The notes: generated from the letters alone by a model not told the origin. A stretch of DNA of 64,000 bases from Candidatus Woesearchaeota archaeon (GCA_038891615.1 JAWADY010000001.1:1-64000); one strand, 5' to 3'. Shown: positions 10,277-20,544, numbered from the stretch's first letter. Made by a program: numbers and translations.

Positions 10277-10573
10277 GGCAATGATAATACCCGATTACTA
10301 CGGATTCCAACGTCACGAGGATGAGTTGCAATCCTCGATCCGTACTGGGGCAGCTTTTCGAGGTTTAGCTTCTCCTTTCGGAGTTGCATCCCATTGTGGC
10401 TGCCATTGTTGCGCGCGTGTAGCCCAGGATATCCGGGGCGTACGGACTTACCGTAGCCCGCACCTTCCTCCTTCTTTCGAAGGCAGTCCTCACACTGTGC
10501 CCGCTCAACCTTGCGGTCGCGTTGGTAAGTGTGAGCACGGGTCTCGCTCGTTACCTGACTTAACAGGACACCT

Positions 10574-10611
10574 TAACCGGCGTTTGCAGTGATTAAAGCC
10601 TGCAGAACGCT
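10574..10611 (-). other. 38-nt BHB intron in 16S rRNA (after ~G1079, E. coli numbering)
   Basis: GCCG-TG^A-GCGTT...AACGC-CGGT-TA^A-GGTG; cutting both bulges restores CGTGCCGTGAGGTGTCC. Confidence 0.88.
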
Positions 10612-10750
10612 CACGGCACGAGCTGACGGTGGCCATGCACCACCTCTCGGCTCGTCAGCAAAGCCCTTTAGACTGTGCTTCATCCTGCCGTCAACCCTGG
10701 TGAGATTCTCGGCGTTGAATTCGATTAAACCGCACGCCGCACCCGTTGTA

Positions 10751-10781
<31 letters not shown>

Positions 10782-10895
10782 CCTTGCGACCGTACTCCCC
10801 AGGTGGCGTGCTTAACGACTTCTCTACGACACTGCACATTCTCGAAGAATGTGCAACATCTAGCACGCAGCGTTTACGGCTAGGACTACTCGGGT

Positions 10896-10997
10896 AATTA
10901 GTCGACAAAACCCCATTTTACGTCAAAAAGTTTCGCAAAAGTAGTTTTTTGGCGATCTTTGTGAAACTTTTCATACGAACTACAGGGGTGAGTCGAT
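10896..10997 (-). other. 102-nt BHB hairpin intron in 16S rRNA (after ~U793, 790 loop)
   Basis: TTAG-AT^A-TCGAC...GTCGA-CTAA-TT^A-CCCG; cutting restores GGATTAGATACCCG; interior is a long hairpin with no ORF. Confidence 0.92.
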
Positions 10998-11257
10998 ATC
11001 TAATCCGGATCGCTCCCCTAGCTTTCGTCCCTCACCGTCGGAGCCGTTCCAGCAGAATGCCTTCGCCATTGGTGGTCCTCCCAGGATTATAACATTTTAC
11101 CGCTCCCCTGGGAATACCTTCTGCCTTTCCCGGTCCCAAGTCTGGCAGTCTTTCCTGCGCGCTGTCGGGTTGAGCCCGACAATTTCACAGGAAATTTACC
11201 AAACCGGCTACGAACGCTTTAGACCCAATAATAGTGGTTCCCACTTGTGGCGCCGGG

Positions 11258-11289
<32 letters not shown>

Positions 11290-11992
11290 CCACTTATTCG
11301 CCAAGATTTTTGCTCTTGGCAAAAGCCCGCCGTAAAGCGAGCACTTGGAATCCCCTCATCACGCTTGCGCGCATTGTGAAGTTTTCCCGACTGCTGCACC
11401 CCGTAGGGCTAGGACCAGTGTCTCAGTGTCCTTCTCGGGGCATCCTCTTCCAAGGCCCCTACGGATCTTCGGCTTGGTGAGTCCGTTACACCACCAACTA
11501 CCTAATCCGCCGCCGACCCATCCTTGGGCGGTTTGCGGTTTTACCCTAGCCTTTTCAGGAAAGGGACTTTCCAGTTTTCCTTTCCCTAACGGCCATTAGC
11601 CTCAGTTTCCCGAGGTTATTGCCATCCCAAGGGTAGGTTGTCGACGTGTTACTGAGCAGTTCGCCGCCGGCTCCCTCTTGCGAAGGAGCAAGCCGACTTG
11701 CATGTCTTACTGGGATTCCAATAGCAGCAACCTCCTGCAGGATAAACAGGGAACTGCGGTTTTACCGCTGCAGGGTGTGGTTCCAGACGAGAACCCGACT
11801 CCTGTCGGGAGCCTCGCCAATAACCCCTTTCGTCGCAAAGCTTTTCTAGGAACTGGCTTGCCTGCATCGTGCTCAACAAGAGATTGAGCACTCACTCTAT
11901 TAGCAGACTCAGCTTTCCCGAGCCTCATTTTTTTAGAAGCCGGATGATGTTACCGGCACGGGAGGTGAAGATTATTTTAATCACCCACCTCC

Positions 11993-12000
11993 TTTATAAA
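11993..12000 (-). promoter_or_regulatory. Probable TATA box of the rRNA operon
   Basis: TTTATAAA directly upstream of the structured, GC-rich 16S leader. Confidence 0.55.
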
Positions 12001-12111
12001 TATTTCGCTTTTGTTGCTCTATCATTTCAAAGCAAGCTTATTTTGTTATTACAAAGTTATTGACGCAACTTTTTTAAAGAGCTTTTAGGTTTTCTTGTTT
12101 CAAAACAACAC

Positions 12112-12186
12112 GCCCCTGTCGTCTAGCCCGGCCAAGGATAGAGGCCTTTCGAGCCTTTGACGCGGGTTCAAATCCCGCCGGGGGCA
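12112..12186 (+). tRNA. tRNA-Glu(TTC)
   Basis: GCCCCTG/CGGGGGC-A acceptor; GAGGC-CT-TTC-GA-GCCTT; GGTTCAAATCC. Confidence 0.95.
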
Positions 12187-12187
12187 T

Positions 12188-12285
12188 GCCACCGTATCCT
12201 AATGGTAAGGAGACGGTCTCGAATAAACATTTTCGAGCAAACCGTTGCCCACAAGGGCTTGCAGGTTCGAGTCCTGCCGGTGGCG
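12188..12285 (+). tRNA. tRNA-Ser(CGA) with 16-nt canonical intron (12224-12239)
   Basis: BHB CTCG/CGAG with bulges AAT/CAA; mature ACGGT-CT-CGA-AA-ACCGT; long variable arm; G73. Confidence 0.92.
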
Positions 12286-12367
12286 TTCTCACATTTTCAT
12301 TTTGGTTGCTATAGAAGTCGATATTTGCCAAAAGTGATGGGAAATCTCTTATAAATTCTTTTTATGC

Positions 12368-12895
12368 TTAGACACCTTTTTTTGTCTTTGCCATCCAGAG
12401 CTTCCAGGCGGTTAAGAAAGGCGGAGTCCACTTTTTTTCATCCTTCACAATTTCCTTTCTCAATTCATTGATTGACATCCACTTTCCAGTAAGCACCTCT
12501 TGCCTATCAAGCTTTATTTCGCCATCAAATTCATCAAGGACATAAAGCACGTCTTGCTCTCGTTCTATCGGTTCCATCACGTCAAAATCGCAAACCCTTT
12601 CAAGTCTTTTTGCAGAAACAGAAATCCCCAGCTCTTCTTTGAGTTCCCTCACTGCTGCTGCATCATAGCTTTCTCCTGACCTTACATGGCCTGACGCAGA
12701 AGCCATCCAAAGGCCTGGATACCGGTCTTTTGTGTTGCTGCGTTGTTGAACAAAAATTTGTCCTTTTTTGTTGAACACAAAAATCATAACTGCTCTGTGA
12801 ATGTAATTCTTTGCATGCACCTCGCTCCTTGGCACGCCACGCTGAATGACTACATCACTCTCATCAACTACATCAAGAAGCTCTTTTTCATCCAT
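12368..12895 (-). CDS. NUDIX hydrolase (IDI-1/YfcD-like)
   Basis: HRAVMIFVFN, QQRSNTKDRYPGLW, Nudix box GHVRSGESYDAAAVRELKEELGI. Confidence 0.85.
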   Translation of the reverse strand: MDEKELLDVVDESDVVIQRGVPRSEVHAKNYIHRAVMIFVFNKKGQIFVQQRSNTKDRYPGLWMASASGHVRSGESYDAAAVRELKEELGISVSAKRLERVCDFDVMEPIEREQDVLYVLDEFDGEIKLDRQEVLTGKWMSINELRKEIVKDEKKWTPPFLTAWKLWMAKTKKGV

Positions 12896-13086
12896 TTGCA
12901 CTTCACAATTTAACACATCAACTCCTTATTTAAAGTTTTGTTTTTTTTGGAAAATTTAGCCAAAAGTAGTTGTTTTACATGAAAGGAATATTAACTTAAA
13001 AGGCACAAAAAAGAAGGCAATATTTACACTAATACTTACTGCAATAGGTTTTATTAAAAAAATGTAGGGATTTCCTCTTGTTAAAA

Positions 13087-13398
13087 TTAAACACCAACCA
13101 TCTCTATTTCGATGTTAAGACCTTCAGGAATAGGAACTCTCATTACTAACCTAAGGGCGCGCTCATCAAGACCAAGGTCAATAAGTCTTTTGTGGATACG
13201 CATCTCGTAGTGGTCCCAACTAGCCTTGCCATCCCCACAGGGACATTTTCTTGTTGTGACACGTAGCTTCTTTGTTGGCAAAGGGATTGGCCCTCGCATA
13301 TCCACGCCAGTTTTTTCAGCAATATCTTTTATGTACTGACATGTTTGGTTTAGCTTGTCTATGTCTATGCTCGCGAGTTTTATTCTTGCCCTTTGCAT
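13087..13398 (-). CDS. rpsJ: 30S ribosomal protein uS10
   Basis: ARIKLAS, GPIPLPTKKL, YEMRIHKRLID. Confidence 0.97.
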   Translation of the reverse strand: MQRARIKLASIDIDKLNQTCQYIKDIAEKTGVDMRGPIPLPTKKLRVTTRKCPCGDGKASWDHYEMRIHKRLIDLGLDERALRLVMRVPIPEGLNIEIEMVGV

Positions 13399-13485
13399 TT
13401 TTAATCACAGCGAACCATTGGTCGCCATGACCTCTTTGAAAAATTAAAAACAAAAGCTTTTGTCAAGAGCACTAAACTACTGTAT

Positions 13486-14769
13486 TTACAATGGCTTCTT
13501 GACATAGTCGATGCACATTCCAGCAGCAACAGTCAATCCAGAGTCTCGGATAGAGAACCTTGCAAGCTGCGGGATGTCCTTTTGCTTTTCTATCACTATT
13601 GGCTTGACTGGTTTGAACCTGACCACTGCAGCATCGCCGTTCTTTAGGAAGTCTGGATGTTCTTGCAGTGTCTCACCAGTTGCTGGGTTTATCTTTTTTA
13701 CTATTTCAATCAACTGACATGCAACCATTGACGTGTGAATGTGAAATACTGGAGTGTAGCCAACAGTCATGACGGTTGGATGATTAAGCACGATTATTTG
13801 TGCAGTGAATTCTGTTACAACAGTTGGCACATTTGTAGTATGTCCAACCACATCTCCTCTTGCAATGTCCTGCTTGCTTATTCCTCTGACATTGAAACCA
13901 ATATTGTCGCCAGGCTCGGCTTGGGTAAGTGGTTCGTGGTGCATCTCTATGGATTTTACTTCCCCAACAACGCCTTTACCTTCCCTTGCAGGAACAATTA
14001 TTATCTTATCACCAACCTTCATTACTCCTGTTTCAACCCTTCCAACAGGAACAACGCCTATGCCTGTGATGTTATAAACGTCCTGCAATGGCAGCCTTAA
14101 TGGGAGATTTATTGGCTTTTCTGGAGTTTCGAGCTTGTCAAAGGCTTCGAGGAGTGTTGGCCCTGTATACCAAGGCATGTTTGCAGACCTCTTGACAACA
14201 TTGTCTCCTGGATAAGCTGCTATTGGTACAAACTGAACTTTTTCTGTTTTGAAACCATAAGTCTTTAGGCATGTTTCTATATCTTTTTTTCTCTGCTCAA
14301 ACGCCTTCTGGTCATATTTGACCAGGTCCATCTTGTTGCAGGCAACTATTAGCTGATTAATTCCGTATGTTTTTGCAAGAAAGACATGTTCTTTTGTTTG
14401 CGCCTGGACGCCTTCTGAGCCAACAACAAGAACAGCGGCATCTGCTTGGCTTGCTCCTGTTATCATGTTTTTGATAAAGTCTCTGTGCCCTGGCGCATCG
14501 ATTATTGTAAAGTCGTATTTAGGTGTTTCAAAACGCTTGTGGCTCAGGTCTATTGTAAGACCACGTTCTCTTTCTTCCTTGAGATTGTCCATTACAAAAG
14601 CAAATTCAAAGCCGCCCTTGCCCAGCTCTTCTGCTTTTTCTTTGAGCTTGCGCATTGTTTGCTCATCAATCATCCCAGCATCAAAAAGAAGTCTACCAAC
14701 TGTTGTTGACTTTCCATGGTCTACATGACCTATGAATATAATGTTTATGTGGGGCTTTCCCTTTGGCAT
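13486..14769 (-). CDS. tuf: Translation elongation factor EF-1alpha
   Basis: [37 protein letters not shown]; GGAGG SD upstream of ATG 14769. Confidence 0.98.
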   Translation of the reverse strand: MPKGKPHINIIFIGHVDHGKSTTVGRLLFDAGMIDEQTMRKLKEKAEELGKGGFEFAFVMDNLKEERERGLTIDLSHKRFETPKYDFTIIDAPGHRDFIKNMITGASQADAAVLVVGSEGVQAQTKEHVFLAKTYGINQLIVACNKMDLVKYDQKAFEQRKKDIETCLKTYGFKTEKVQFVPIAAYPGDNVVKRSANMPWYTGPTLLEAFDKLETPEKPINLPLRLPLQDVYNITGIGVVPVGRVETGVMKVGDKIIIVPAREGKGVVGEVKSIEMHHEPLTQAEPGDNIGFNVRGISKQDIARGDVVGHTTNVPTVVTEFTAQIIVLNHPTVMTVGYTPVFHIHTSMVACQLIEIVKKINPATGETLQEHPDFLKNGDAAVVRFKPVKPIVIEKQKDIPQLARFSIRDSGLTVAAGMCIDYVKKPL

Positions 14770-14899
14770 CGTCATCCCTCCAATATTTGCTTATGGAAAT
14801 AATGTGAGTTTTGATTATGCTGATTTATTTAAAAAGCTTTCGTTATGTTATGCTATATTTAGCTGTTTGTCTAGCAGCACCTTTCACGACAGCAGCCAA

Positions 14900-17101
14900 T
14901 TAAACACCTGTCTCTGTTGGCTTCAAGCCTTTGCGCTGCCTTATTGCGTTTATGACCTTTTCCTGGAGCTCAGAAGGCACGCGCTCAAAGGTCTGGTCTG
15001 AGAGTGAAGAAACTCCTCTTCCCTCAGTCGCACTTCTAAGGTCAGAGCTCCATCCAAGCATCTCTGAAACAGGAATCTTTGCCTTAATAATTGTCTTATT
15101 TCCTTCTTGTTGCAACTCTATAACCTGCCCCCTTTTATTCATCACAAGCTTGGTGACCTCGCCTGTGAAATCGATTGGGGTTTCGATAAGATGCGTTTGG
15201 ACTGGCTCAAGCATCATTGGGCCCGCGTTCATCATTGCAAGCTTTATGCCATCGCGAACACAAGGATACATTTGTGCAGGCCCCCTGTGAATTGCATCTT
15301 CGTGCAGGTTTGCATCGACCATAATTACTTTCACTCCATTGCATGGCTCTCTTGCGAGAGGCCCATTGTCCATCACTTGCTCAAAGCCGTCAAGGATAAG
15401 ACCTATTGCTTCATTAAGCTGCACAATTCCTCTTGTTGCATCAATAAAGATGTTTCCTTTGTATATATCTTTGACAGAAAGAGCAGTTTCATTGTCGTAG
15501 CCAACCTCGACTAGCGTGTCTCTTATGTTTAAATCCTTTTTCTTTATTCTTCCTTCTGGCAGTTCACCGTTCCTTATAAGTTCACGCACGTGAGGCTCAA
15601 GCGGCTCGACCTTAAAGTACAGCTTATTGTGCCTGTTTGGTGACTTGCCTTCGACAACCGGACTCTGTCTGGTTATAGTTTCCCTGTACACCACAATTGG
15701 AGGACCTGTTTTTATGTCTAGCTTTTTTTCAGTCTTTATTCTGTTCTCAATAATTTCGAGATGAAGCTCACCCATCCCACTTATGAGGTTTTCACCTGTC
15801 TCGAGGTTTATCTCTACCTTGAGGGAAGGGTCTTCCTTCACTACTTTCTTAAGAACGTCAACAAGCTTTGAAAGGTCCTGAGGCTTTGCAGGCTCAATAG
15901 ACTTCGTTATAACAGGTTCAAAGATGTGTTTCAACTCCTCAAAAGGCTGCTCTGGAGCTTCTGTTATTGTCTCTCCGACATTCGCTGCAATTCCGGCAAT
16001 TGCAAGAACATTTCCTGCAGGAACCTCTCCGATAAGCTCTGGCCTTATGCCCTGATACATGAACACTTGCCCAACTCGTTGGGTTTGTTTTGCATTATTG
16101 AGATAAATGGTCATTCCTTCGCGCATCGTTCCTGAAAAGAGCCTACCTGCGCAAATTTCGCGGCCAGATCTTGGCTCAATGACTATTCTTGTTATTACAA
16201 ATGCCAATTTGCCAGCTGGGTTGCAGGATAGAAGGTCTTTACCAAATTCTGACTCAAGCTCTCCACGCCATATTTTTGGGATTCTGTATGCTTGCGCAAC
16301 AATTGGATTTGGAAGATGTTTCACAACCATGTCGAGGAGCACTTCGTGTACAGGCATTTTCTCCCAACAATAAGTTGTTCTTTCTTCATCGCTCATTTCT
16401 TTGTACATCCTCAGTACATCCTTAAAAGTTATTCCTGTCTTTTTCATGTATGGAACTGAGAGTGCCCAATTATCTCTGGCAGAACCAAATGCAACAGAAC
16501 CATCTTCTACATTGACTTTCCATTTTTGCTTGAATTCTGGTTCTGCAATCTGCTCTATAAGTTGATTGAACTCAATAACGATGCTTGCTAGCCTTTTCTG
16601 AATCTGTTCTGGAGTGAATAACAGCTCGTTTATGAGTCTATCGACCTTGTTTATGAAAAGAACTGGCTTTACACGTTCGCGCAGCGCCTGTTTGAGGACT
16701 GTCTCTGTTTGTGGCATTATCCCTTCAACAGCGCAAACAAGAACTATTGTGCCATCAATTGCCCTCATTGCTCTTGTTACATTTCCGCCAAAATCAACAT
16801 GTCCAGGAGTGTCTATAAGATTAATGAGGTACTCCTCATTCTCAAAGGAGTGCACCATTGAAACATTTGCAGCATCAACTGTTAACAATCTTTCCTGTTC
16901 ATCCGTGTGCTGCCAAGTCAGCATTCCCTTTTCAAGATCACCCGCAGCAACCTTTGACATAAACCCTGCTGCTGCAAGCAGATTATCAGTTAGAGCTGTT
17001 TTGCCATGATGAATGTGAGCGCTTGTGGCTATGTTCCTTATGTTCTTAGGATTACCGGCAAGCCTCTTCATCTTTTGTAGCACATCTTCGCTCACGGCCA
17101 T
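14900..17101 (-). CDS. fusA: Translation elongation factor EF-2
   Basis: IDTPGHVDF, NKVD, GMGELHLEI, diphthamide loop HEDAIHRGPAQ. Confidence 0.98.
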   Translation of the reverse strand: MAVSEDVLQKMKRLAGNPKNIRNIATSAHIHHGKTALTDNLLAAAGFMSKVAAGDLEKGMLTWQHTDEQERLLTVDAANVSMVHSFENEEYLINLIDTPGHVDFGGNVTRAMRAIDGTIVLVCAVEGIMPQTETVLKQALRERVKPVLFINKVDRLINELLFTPEQIQKRLASIVIEFNQLIEQIAEPEFKQKWKVNVEDGSVAFGSARDNWALSVPYMKKTGITFKDVLRMYKEMSDEERTTYCWEKMPVHEVLLDMVVKHLPNPIVAQAYRIPKIWRGELESEFGKDLLSCNPAGKLAFVITRIVIEPRSGREICAGRLFSGTMREGMTIYLNNAKQTQRVGQVFMYQGIRPELIGEVPAGNVLAIAGIAANVGETITEAPEQPFEELKHIFEPVITKSIEPAKPQDLSKLVDVLKKVVKEDPSLKVEINLETGENLISGMGELHLEIIENRIKTEKKLDIKTGPPIVVYRETITRQSPVVEGKSPNRHNKLYFKVEPLEPHVRELIRNGELPEGRIKKKDLNIRDTLVEVGYDNETALSVKDIYKGNIFIDATRGIVQLNEAIGLILDGFEQVMDNGPLAREPCNGVKVIMVDANLHEDAIHRGPAQMYPCVRDGIKLAMMNAGPMMLEPVQTHLIETPIDFTGEVTKLVMNKRGQVIELQQEGNKTIIKAKIPVSEMLGWSSDLRSATEGRGVSSLSDQTFERVPSELQEKVINAIRQRKGLKPTETGV

Positions 17102-17238
17102 TGTTTATCTTCCTCACTCTGCTTTCTTGAGCATATCGCCAAGACATTAGTTTATCATCAAATGTGTAGTGGCGTCAATGCTATGTTGCATTTGCTCATT
17201 TTTTGTTTTGCATCGCCCTTTCATTTATTATCAACTTA

Positions 17239-17496
17239 CTATTCACTAACATTTCCTTTCACAGCACTTTTTTCTTTCAGGATGGTTTCTTCCTCTTTTA
17301 CAGTTCTTTTTTCTGTTGGTGTAATGCCTTTTACATAGCTGCTAGTCCACTTGAGAAAACGTGCCTTTCTGCCAAGCTTGATAAAGCTTTTATCGCATTT
17401 GTTTGAACAAAAAATAAAAATCCTGCCATCATTCTTCACAAACATTTTGCCAGTTCCAGGATTTATGGCTTTTCCACAAAATGTGCATTTTAGCAT
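17239..17496 (-). CDS. rpl24e: 50S ribosomal protein eL24
   Basis: [29 protein letters not shown]. Confidence 0.95.
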   Translation of the reverse strand: MLKCTFCGKAINPGTGKMFVKNDGRIFIFCSNKCDKSFIKLGRKARFLKWTSSYVKGITPTEKRTVKEEETILKEKSAVKGNVSE

Positions 17497-17504
17497 TTTA
17501 TAGT

Positions 17505-17843
17505 CTAAGCTGTTCCTCGACCACCTTTCTCAAGTGGCCTTGCTTCTGTTTCTGTTTCTCTAAGCATCAATATATCGTCTTTCTGGACAGGGCCTTTGAC
17601 ATTTCTTCTTAGCACCCTGTCTTTATCTCTTCCTTCAAGAATTCGCACTCTTACCTGTATTGCTTCCCCTCTCGAACCGGTTCTGCCAATTATTTCCTCG
17701 ACTCTTGCAGGAATCGCAGGAGAAAATTTGACTGCCGGGCCTGCTTTCTCCTCCAGCTTCATCGCCTTTCCACTAGCTGATTTTTCAGCAGGTTGCTTTT
17801 TTTCCTCTATGTTAACATAATCTTTTATCTTTGTGAACCCCAT
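17505..17843 (-). CDS. rps28e: 30S ribosomal protein eS28 with N-terminal extension
   Basis: [37 protein letters not shown]. Confidence 0.95.
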   Translation of the reverse strand: MGFTKIKDYVNIEEKKQPAEKSASGKAMKLEEKAGPAVKFSPAIPARVEEIIGRTGSRGEAIQVRVRILEGRDKDRVLRRNVKGPVQKDDILMLRETETEARPLEKGGRGTA

Positions 17844-17852
17844 CTTTCATAC

Positions 17853-18188
17853 CTACTGCTCAATTTTTGATTTTATTTCTTTGATAATGTTTTTTGCTTC
17901 TCCTTCTTCAATTACGGCAACAGCAGAAGTTGGCACACCGATGCCAGCAGCATTTCCGAGCTCTTCCCTACTTTCAACTTCGACTGCAGGAATCCCCTTT
18001 TCTTTGGCAAGAAGAGGGAGATGAAGGGTTATCTCGGCTGGAGAAACATCCTTCGCATATACAACAAGCTTAGCAAGTCCTCTTTCAATAGCCTTTGTTG
18101 TCTCATTTGTTCCCTTTTTTAGTTTGCCTGTTGTCCTTGCAATTTCAACGGCTTCAAGAGCTTTATCCGAAATTTCCTTGTCTACCAT
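17853..18188 (-). CDS. rpl7ae: Ribosomal protein L7Ae (eL8)
   Basis: KKGTNETTKAIERG, AKDVSP, ELGNAAGI; SD GGAGG upstream of ATG 18188. Confidence 0.96.
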   Translation of the reverse strand: MVDKEISDKALEAVEIARTTGKLKKGTNETTKAIERGLAKLVVYAKDVSPAEITLHLPLLAKEKGIPAVEVESREELGNAAGIGVPTSAVAVIEEGEAKNIIKEIKSKIEQ

Positions 18189-18405
18189 CCTTTTTCCTCC
18201 GCAATGTGCTATGTTATTTTTGTTTTGAGGATAAAAAGCCGTCCTCATTCAGCCATTTGGGCTTCATCAGTCATTGGTATTTTTAGGCACAATGGAATCA
18301 TTTATAAATCTTTTGCAAGAGCTGTCATTGTTTTTTTCGTGCTTAAAATGTCAAGTTTTAATAGATTATAAGAAAATTTATAAACAAGGCGATAAAAAAA
18401 AGGTT

Positions 18406-20544
18406 ATGGCACTTGTTTATGTAAAAAAGAGGAGCGGCAAGCTCGAACGTTTTGACCGTTCAAAAATTGAACAAGCAATTCTTAAGGCTTTGGTTGCAAC
18501 CAAAAGCGGAAACGCAGCTATTGCGGAGAAGCTCACCGCAGACGTGGTAAAGCGCCTTCAACGCACTTTTGCAAGAAAAATTCCTTCTGTTGAAAACATT
18601 CAAGATGCAGTTGAAGAGGCTCTCATGACCTCCGGCTTTACTAAAGCAGCTAAGGCATACATTCTCTATAGAAAAAAAAGAGCAGAAGTCAGGGCTGCTA
18701 AGCTTGCAATTGTTGGCGTTCCACACGAGGAGCTAAAGCTTAGCACAAATGCGATTGCGGTTCTCGAAAAAAGATATCTTCTTAGGGACATGCAAGGGAG
18801 AATCATTGAAACTCCTGTGCAGCTTTTTAGGCGTGTAGCAAAAGCAGTGGCTGCCATTGATTCAAAATATGGTGAAAATCCCAAAAAATCTGAGAAGGTA
18901 TTCTATACAATGATGGCAAATCGTTGGTTCATGCCAAACACTCCAACTCTGATGAATGCAGGAACTCCTATTGGTCAGCTCAGTGCTTGTTTTGTTCTTC
19001 CAGTCGAAGATTCCCTAGACAGCATTTTCAAGACACTTTGGGATTCGGCAAAGGTTCATCAGACAGGCGGAGGAACTGGTTTCAGCTTTTCAAAGCTCAG
19101 GCCTAAGGGCGACCTTGTTGGCTCAACAAAAGGTGTAGCCTCTGGTCCTGTGACCTTTATGACTATTTTTGACAAAGAAACAGATGTCATAAAGCAAGGT
19201 GGGAAAAGGCGTGGTGCTAATATGGGCATCCTCCGCGTAGACCACCCAGATATCGTTGAGTTCATAACAGCAAAGTCTGACCCTACTATGTTAAGGAATT
19301 TTAACATCTCTGTTGCCGTCACAGACAAGTTCATGCGCGCTGTGAAACGCAATGGCTTGTTTGAGCTGATAAATCCAAGAACAAAAAAAGTCGTAAGAAG
19401 GGTTAAGGCACGGGAATTATGGGAACTAATAATAACCTATGCTTGGAAAACTGGTGATCCAGGAGTTATTTTTATTGACACCATCAACAGAAAAAATCCA
19501 ACGAAGCATGTCGGCACCATCGAGGCAACCAACCCCTGCGGCGAACAGCCTCTTCATCCATACGAAAGTTGCAACTTGGGCAGCATAAATCTTGGGCTGA
19601 TGACAAAGCCGGGCAAAAAAGGGTGGCACGATGTTGACTGGGAAAAGCTCAGACAGGTTGTGCACGATGCTGTTCACTTTCTTGACAATGTCATTGATGC
19701 AAACAAGTATCCAATTCCGGAAATTGAGCAAGTCACAAAAGCAAATAGACGAATTGGTCTTGGCGTGATGGGTTTTGCAGATCTTCTTTGCCTTCTTGGA
19801 ATACCCTATGACAGTATGGCTGCTGTGAGGCTAGGTGAGAGGATTGCTAAGTTCATCAATGATGAAAGTCATAAAGCCAGTTCAGAACTTGCAAAGAAAA
19901 GGGGCAACTTTCCAAATTTTAAGGGAAGTTTGTGGGAAAAGAATGGATGGAAGGCTATGAGAAATGCAACAACAACAACCATTGCACCAACTGGGACAAT
20001 ATCAATAATAGCCGGCTGTAGCTCGGGTATTGAGCCTCTTTTTGCAGTATCCTTTGTTCGCAATGTGCTGGAAGGTTCGCGTTTGTTTGAGTCCAATTGG
20101 GTTTTCGAAAAGGTTGCTACTGAAAGAGGGTTTTGGAAAGAAGAGCTGATGGAAAAGATTGCACGTACTGGTTCTGTTCGCGGAGTGCCTGGCGTTCCTA
20201 AAGATGTGCAAAGGGTTTTTGTTACAGCTCTTGAGATTGCACCAGAATGGCATGTCAGAATGCAAGCGGCGTTCCAAAATCACTGCGATAACGCTGTTTC
20301 AAAGACAATAAACTTTCCAATGGAGGCAACTGTTGATGATGTCAGGAAGGCATACGAACTTGCCTATCAGCTTAAATGTAAAGGAATAACAGTCTATAGG
20401 TATGGTTCAAAGCCAGAGCAGGTTCTTACAATTGGTGAATTAGAACGCAAGCGCGAAGCTCAAACAACCGCCCCGCCCTTTGTTGTTGCAGAGAGCGAGT
20501 TTTCTGGCGGCTGTCCTACTCCTCTCTGCCCAGCACCTGCATAA
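18406..20544 (+). CDS. nrdJ: Class II (adenosylcobalamin-dependent) ribonucleotide reductase with N-terminal ATP-cone
   Basis: VKKRSG ATP-cone; PNTPTLMNAG; QLSACF; TNPCGEQ; CNLGS; TIAPTGTIS; C-terminal CPTPLC; no R2 gene nearby. Confidence 0.93.
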   Translation: MALVYVKKRSGKLERFDRSKIEQAILKALVATKSGNAAIAEKLTADVVKRLQRTFARKIPSVENIQDAVEEALMTSGFTKAAKAYILYRKKRAEVRAAKLAIVGVPHEELKLSTNAIAVLEKRYLLRDMQGRIIETPVQLFRRVAKAVAAIDSKYGENPKKSEKVFYTMMANRWFMPNTPTLMNAGTPIGQLSACFVLPVEDSLDSIFKTLWDSAKVHQTGGGTGFSFSKLRPKGDLVGSTKGVASGPVTFMTIFDKETDVIKQGGKRRGANMGILRVDHPDIVEFITAKSDPTMLRNFNISVAVTDKFMRAVKRNGLFELINPRTKKVVRRVKARELWELIITYAWKTGDPGVIFIDTINRKNPTKHVGTIEATNPCGEQPLHPYESCNLGSINLGLMTKPGKKGWHDVDWEKLRQVVHDAVHFLDNVIDANKYPIPEIEQVTKANRRIGLGVMGFADLLCLLGIPYDSMAAVRLGERIAKFINDESHKASSELAKKRGNFPNFKGSLWEKNGWKAMRNATTTTIAPTGTISIIAGCSSGIEPLFAVSFVRNVLEGSRLFESNWVFEKVATERGFWKEELMEKIARTGSVRGVPGVPKDVQRVFVTALEIAPEWHVRMQAAFQNHCDNAVSKTINFPMEATVDDVRKAYELAYQLKCKGITVYRYGSKPEQVLTIGELERKREAQTTAPPFVVAESEFSGGCPTPLCPAPA

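Noticed and set aside
10896-10997. Homing endonuclease or group I/II ribozyme in the 16S introns
   Set aside because: Too short, no ORF and no ribozyme core; BHB explains the junctions
11755-11990. Structured region upstream of 16S as 5S rRNA or another ncRNA
   Set aside because: No 5S signature recognised; it contains the 16S processing-stem arm, so it is best read as the 5' leader
18406-20544. Intein in the RNR
   Set aside because: Normal length and continuous catalytic motifs
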